From an uncultured delta proteobacterium (GTDB lineage: Bacteria > Myxococcota > Myxococcia > Myxococcales > Anaeromyxobacteraceae): a stretch of DNA of 64,000 nucleotides. Location: the NCBI GenBank assembly GCA_963845515.1, contig CAWJSR010000029.1:224001-288000 (forward strand), read 5' to 3'. Positions 62,061-64,000 of this stretch are shown one piece after another. The stretch's first letter is position 1. Every line of letters starts with the position of its first letter. The notes beneath the pieces were generated by a model that saw only the letters and a list, made by a program, of their open reading frames with translations, searched no databases and was not told where the DNA came from. Both the position numbers and the translations under genes were made by a program.

Positions 62061-62983
62061 CGGCCGCCCCCCTGCCACCAGGCGGTGAGGAAGAGCGCGA
62101 CGAAGGCCGACGCACCTGCGACGAAGACGTACTGCGGGACCGCCCTCATCCTGAAGCGCGCGACGAGCGACTCGACGGTGCCGACCGCGACCGCGACGCC
62201 CGCGGTCAGCGCGACGTTCGCCGCCGCGGAGAGCCACGGTCCGGACGCGTGGAGGGGGTTCACGAGGGCCGCCACGAGCGACGCGCTGATGGTGAGCTTC
62301 ATGGCGGCCGAGTACTGGAGCGCCGCCAGCTCCGGCCCTGCGTGATCCAGGATCATCACCTCGTGGATCATCGTCAGCTCCAGGTGAGTCGTCGGGTCGT
62401 CGACCGGCACGCGCGCAGACTCGACCTGCATCACGATGAAGAGCGCCACGAGGCAGCCGAGGACTATCAAGGTCCGGGTCGGGCCGTGCGGCCCGAGCGC
62501 GAGCAGCTCCGCGAAGGACGCGCGCCCGGTGGCGGCCGCGAGCGTGCCCAGCGCGAGGAAGAGCGCCGGCTCTGCGAGCGCCCCGAAGGTCGCCTCGCGG
62601 CTCGCCCCCATCCCCTCGAAGGAGCTGCCGGTGTCCAGCGCCGCGAGGGTCATGGCCATGCGGCCGAGCCCCCAGAGGTAGGCGAAGATCACGAAGTCGT
62701 ACGGGAACGAGAACGGCGCGAAGCCACCGAGCAGCGGCACGACCATGCCGGAGACCAGGGTGCTCGCGAGGAGGACGAGCGGCCCAAGCCGGAAGACCTG
62801 GGTCGTGACGTTCGAGTAGACGGGCACCTTCCGGAGCAGCCTGAGCAGGTCCGAGCCCGTCTGAAGGAGCCGGGGGCCTTTCCGCCCGGCCCAGCGCGCC
62901 TTGGTCCGGTTGATGATCCCGGCGAGCGGGATCGGGAGGAGCAGCAGCACCGCTGCGTGCACGATGATCAGCGAAGCGCTCAC
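62057..62983 (-). CDS. NuoH/HyfC-like membrane subunit
   Basis: GRKGP..LQ, ALDTGSSFEGMGASRE, ESARVPVDDPTTHLELTMIHE. Confidence 0.9.
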   Translation of the reverse strand: MSASLIIVHAAVLLLLPIPLAGIINRTKARWAGRKGPRLLQTGSDLLRLLRKVPVYSNVTTQVFRLGPLVLLASTLVSGMVVPLLGGFAPFSFPYDFVIFAYLWGLGRMAMTLAALDTGSSFEGMGASREATFGALAEPALFLALGTLAAATGRASFAELLALGPHGPTRTLIVLGCLVALFIVMQVESARVPVDDPTTHLELTMIHEVMILDHAGPELAALQYSAAMKLTISASLVAALVNPLHASGPWLSAAANVALTAGVAVAVGTVESLVARFRMRAVPQYVFVAGASAFVALFLTAWWQGGGR

Positions 62984-64000
62984 CGGATCCCCACAGTGCT
63001 CGCGAGCAGGATCCCGATCATCGCGATGAGCACCACCAGCCCGGCGGCGAGCGAGAATCGCGGCTCCACCGGGATGCGCCTGGAGGCGCTCGCCACCGTG
63101 TCGTCACCCTCCCCGAGCACCTCGAACATGCGGCGCTCGACCGCGTCGACGCAGGTCGTCTCGAGCTTGCCTCGCCCATCGGGGAACGGACCGCGCGGGA
63201 GCCGCTCGCGCCTGAGGTGAGGAAGGACCGCGAACGTGATCTCCGCGAGCTGCGCCGAGAAGGAGGCACCTGTGTACTGCATCCGCGGCGTCGGCGCCCC
63301 GTAGCCGCAGCCCCAGGTCACGTGGCGCGGCGCGGCCTCGCCGCGGGACAGCCAGCGGCGCGCGAGGAACAGCGCCCCGAAGACGAGCAGGACGGCCAGC
63401 GCGATCCGCGCGACGGGCGCCACGAGGCTGATCGCCTCGGTGGCGGCGGCGCCAGGGACGCCGCCCGCCAGGAAGAGCCGCACCGGCTGGTCGACCACGG
63501 CGAGCCCCACCGCAGGCACGAAGCCGACGAGCACGACCCCCAGCGCGTGGAGCGCCATCGGGACCTGCAGGTGGCCGCCGACCTCGCCCTCGCAGTGGAC
63601 GGTGGCGTCGCGCGGCATCCCGAGGAAGGCGAGCCCGAAGGCGCGCGTCATCGAGAGCGCGGAGACGCCGCCCACGAAGGCGAGCAGCGCGGCGACCGCG
63701 ACCAGGAGGGCGCGCTCGATCCCGGCCGGCGCCGCCGGGCTCAGCAGCCCCGCGTAGATGACGAACTCGCTCACGAAGCCGTTGAACGGGGGCAGCGCCG
63801 AGATGGCGAGGCCGCCGAGCAGGAAGAAGGCGCCGGTCCAGGGCATGCGGCGCAGGAGCCCGCCGAGCCGCTCGAGATCGACCGTGTGCGTCGCCCGGTA
63901 GACGGCCCCCGCCGCGTAGAACAGCAGGCACTTGAAGAGCGCGTGGTTGAGGACGTGCAGGATCCCGCCGGTGAACCCGAGGGCGGCGAGCGCCGGCTGG
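62980..64000 (-). CDS. HyfB-like antiporter subunit (5' end outside window)
   Basis: HVLNHALFKCLLF, LGGL.RRMP, LPPFNGFVSE, TWGCGY..PTPRMQYT. Confidence 0.88.
   Translation of the reverse strand, partial: QPALAALGFTGGILHVLNHALFKCLLFYAAGAVYRATHTVDLERLGGLLRRMPWTGAFFLLGGLAISALPPFNGFVSEFVIYAGLLSPAAPAGIERALLVAVAALLAFVGGVSALSMTRAFGLAFLGMPRDATVHCEGEVGGHLQVPMALHALGVVLVGFVPAVGLAVVDQPVRLFLAGGVPGAAATEAISLVAPVARIALAVLLVFGALFLARRWLSRGEAAPRHVTWGCGYGAPTPRMQYTGASFSAQLAEITFAVLPHLRRERLPRGPFPDGRGKLETTCVDAVERRMFEVLGEGDDTVASASRRIPVEPRFSLAAGLVVLIAMIGILLASTVGIR

Overview
Very GC-rich chromosomal segment. Gene content and style suggest an Anaeromyxobacter-like Myxococcota genome (inference). Many genes carry single-base indels, including essential LPS genes, so most breaks are probably long-read consensus errors. 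Contents in order: (1) 1-16.2 kb, minus strand: lipid A/LPS core cluster (lpxB, GT2, marC, a divergent EF-G paralog, msbA, a PHP-domain protein, waaA, GT9, lpxK, lpxL, split hldA/hldC, GT4, Trm112-like, yicC, gmk); (2) sugar ABC transporter plus mmsA/iolA; (3) CHASE hybrid kinase; (4) polysulfide/thiosulfate reductase operon behind an ArsR-family gene (psrA-psrB-yeeE-yeeE::rhodanese-psrC); (5) two-component genes, a thioredoxin-CcdA-like protein, copA, an epimerase and a heavily frameshifted AhbD-like radical SAM gene; (6) DUF2844/DUF3443 pair; (7) MATE, LOG, liv ABC, SpoIID/HAMP/HEAT genes, class IV aminotransferase, qor; (8) two hexaheme c7-type cytochromes; (9) AEC/SpoIIM/RDD genes and a Ni-less Ehr (hydrogenase-related) complex running off the end. 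No rRNA, tRNA, CRISPR array or mobile element was recognised. Best leads: a YeeE sulfur transporter fused to a Cys-less rhodanese domain and a SoxY-like C-terminal GGCGG arm, inserted inside the psr operon; DUF3443 as a two-lobed pepsin-like aspartic protease lipoprotein with a coupled partner; and an EF-G paralog with degenerate GTPase motifs inside the LPS cluster.
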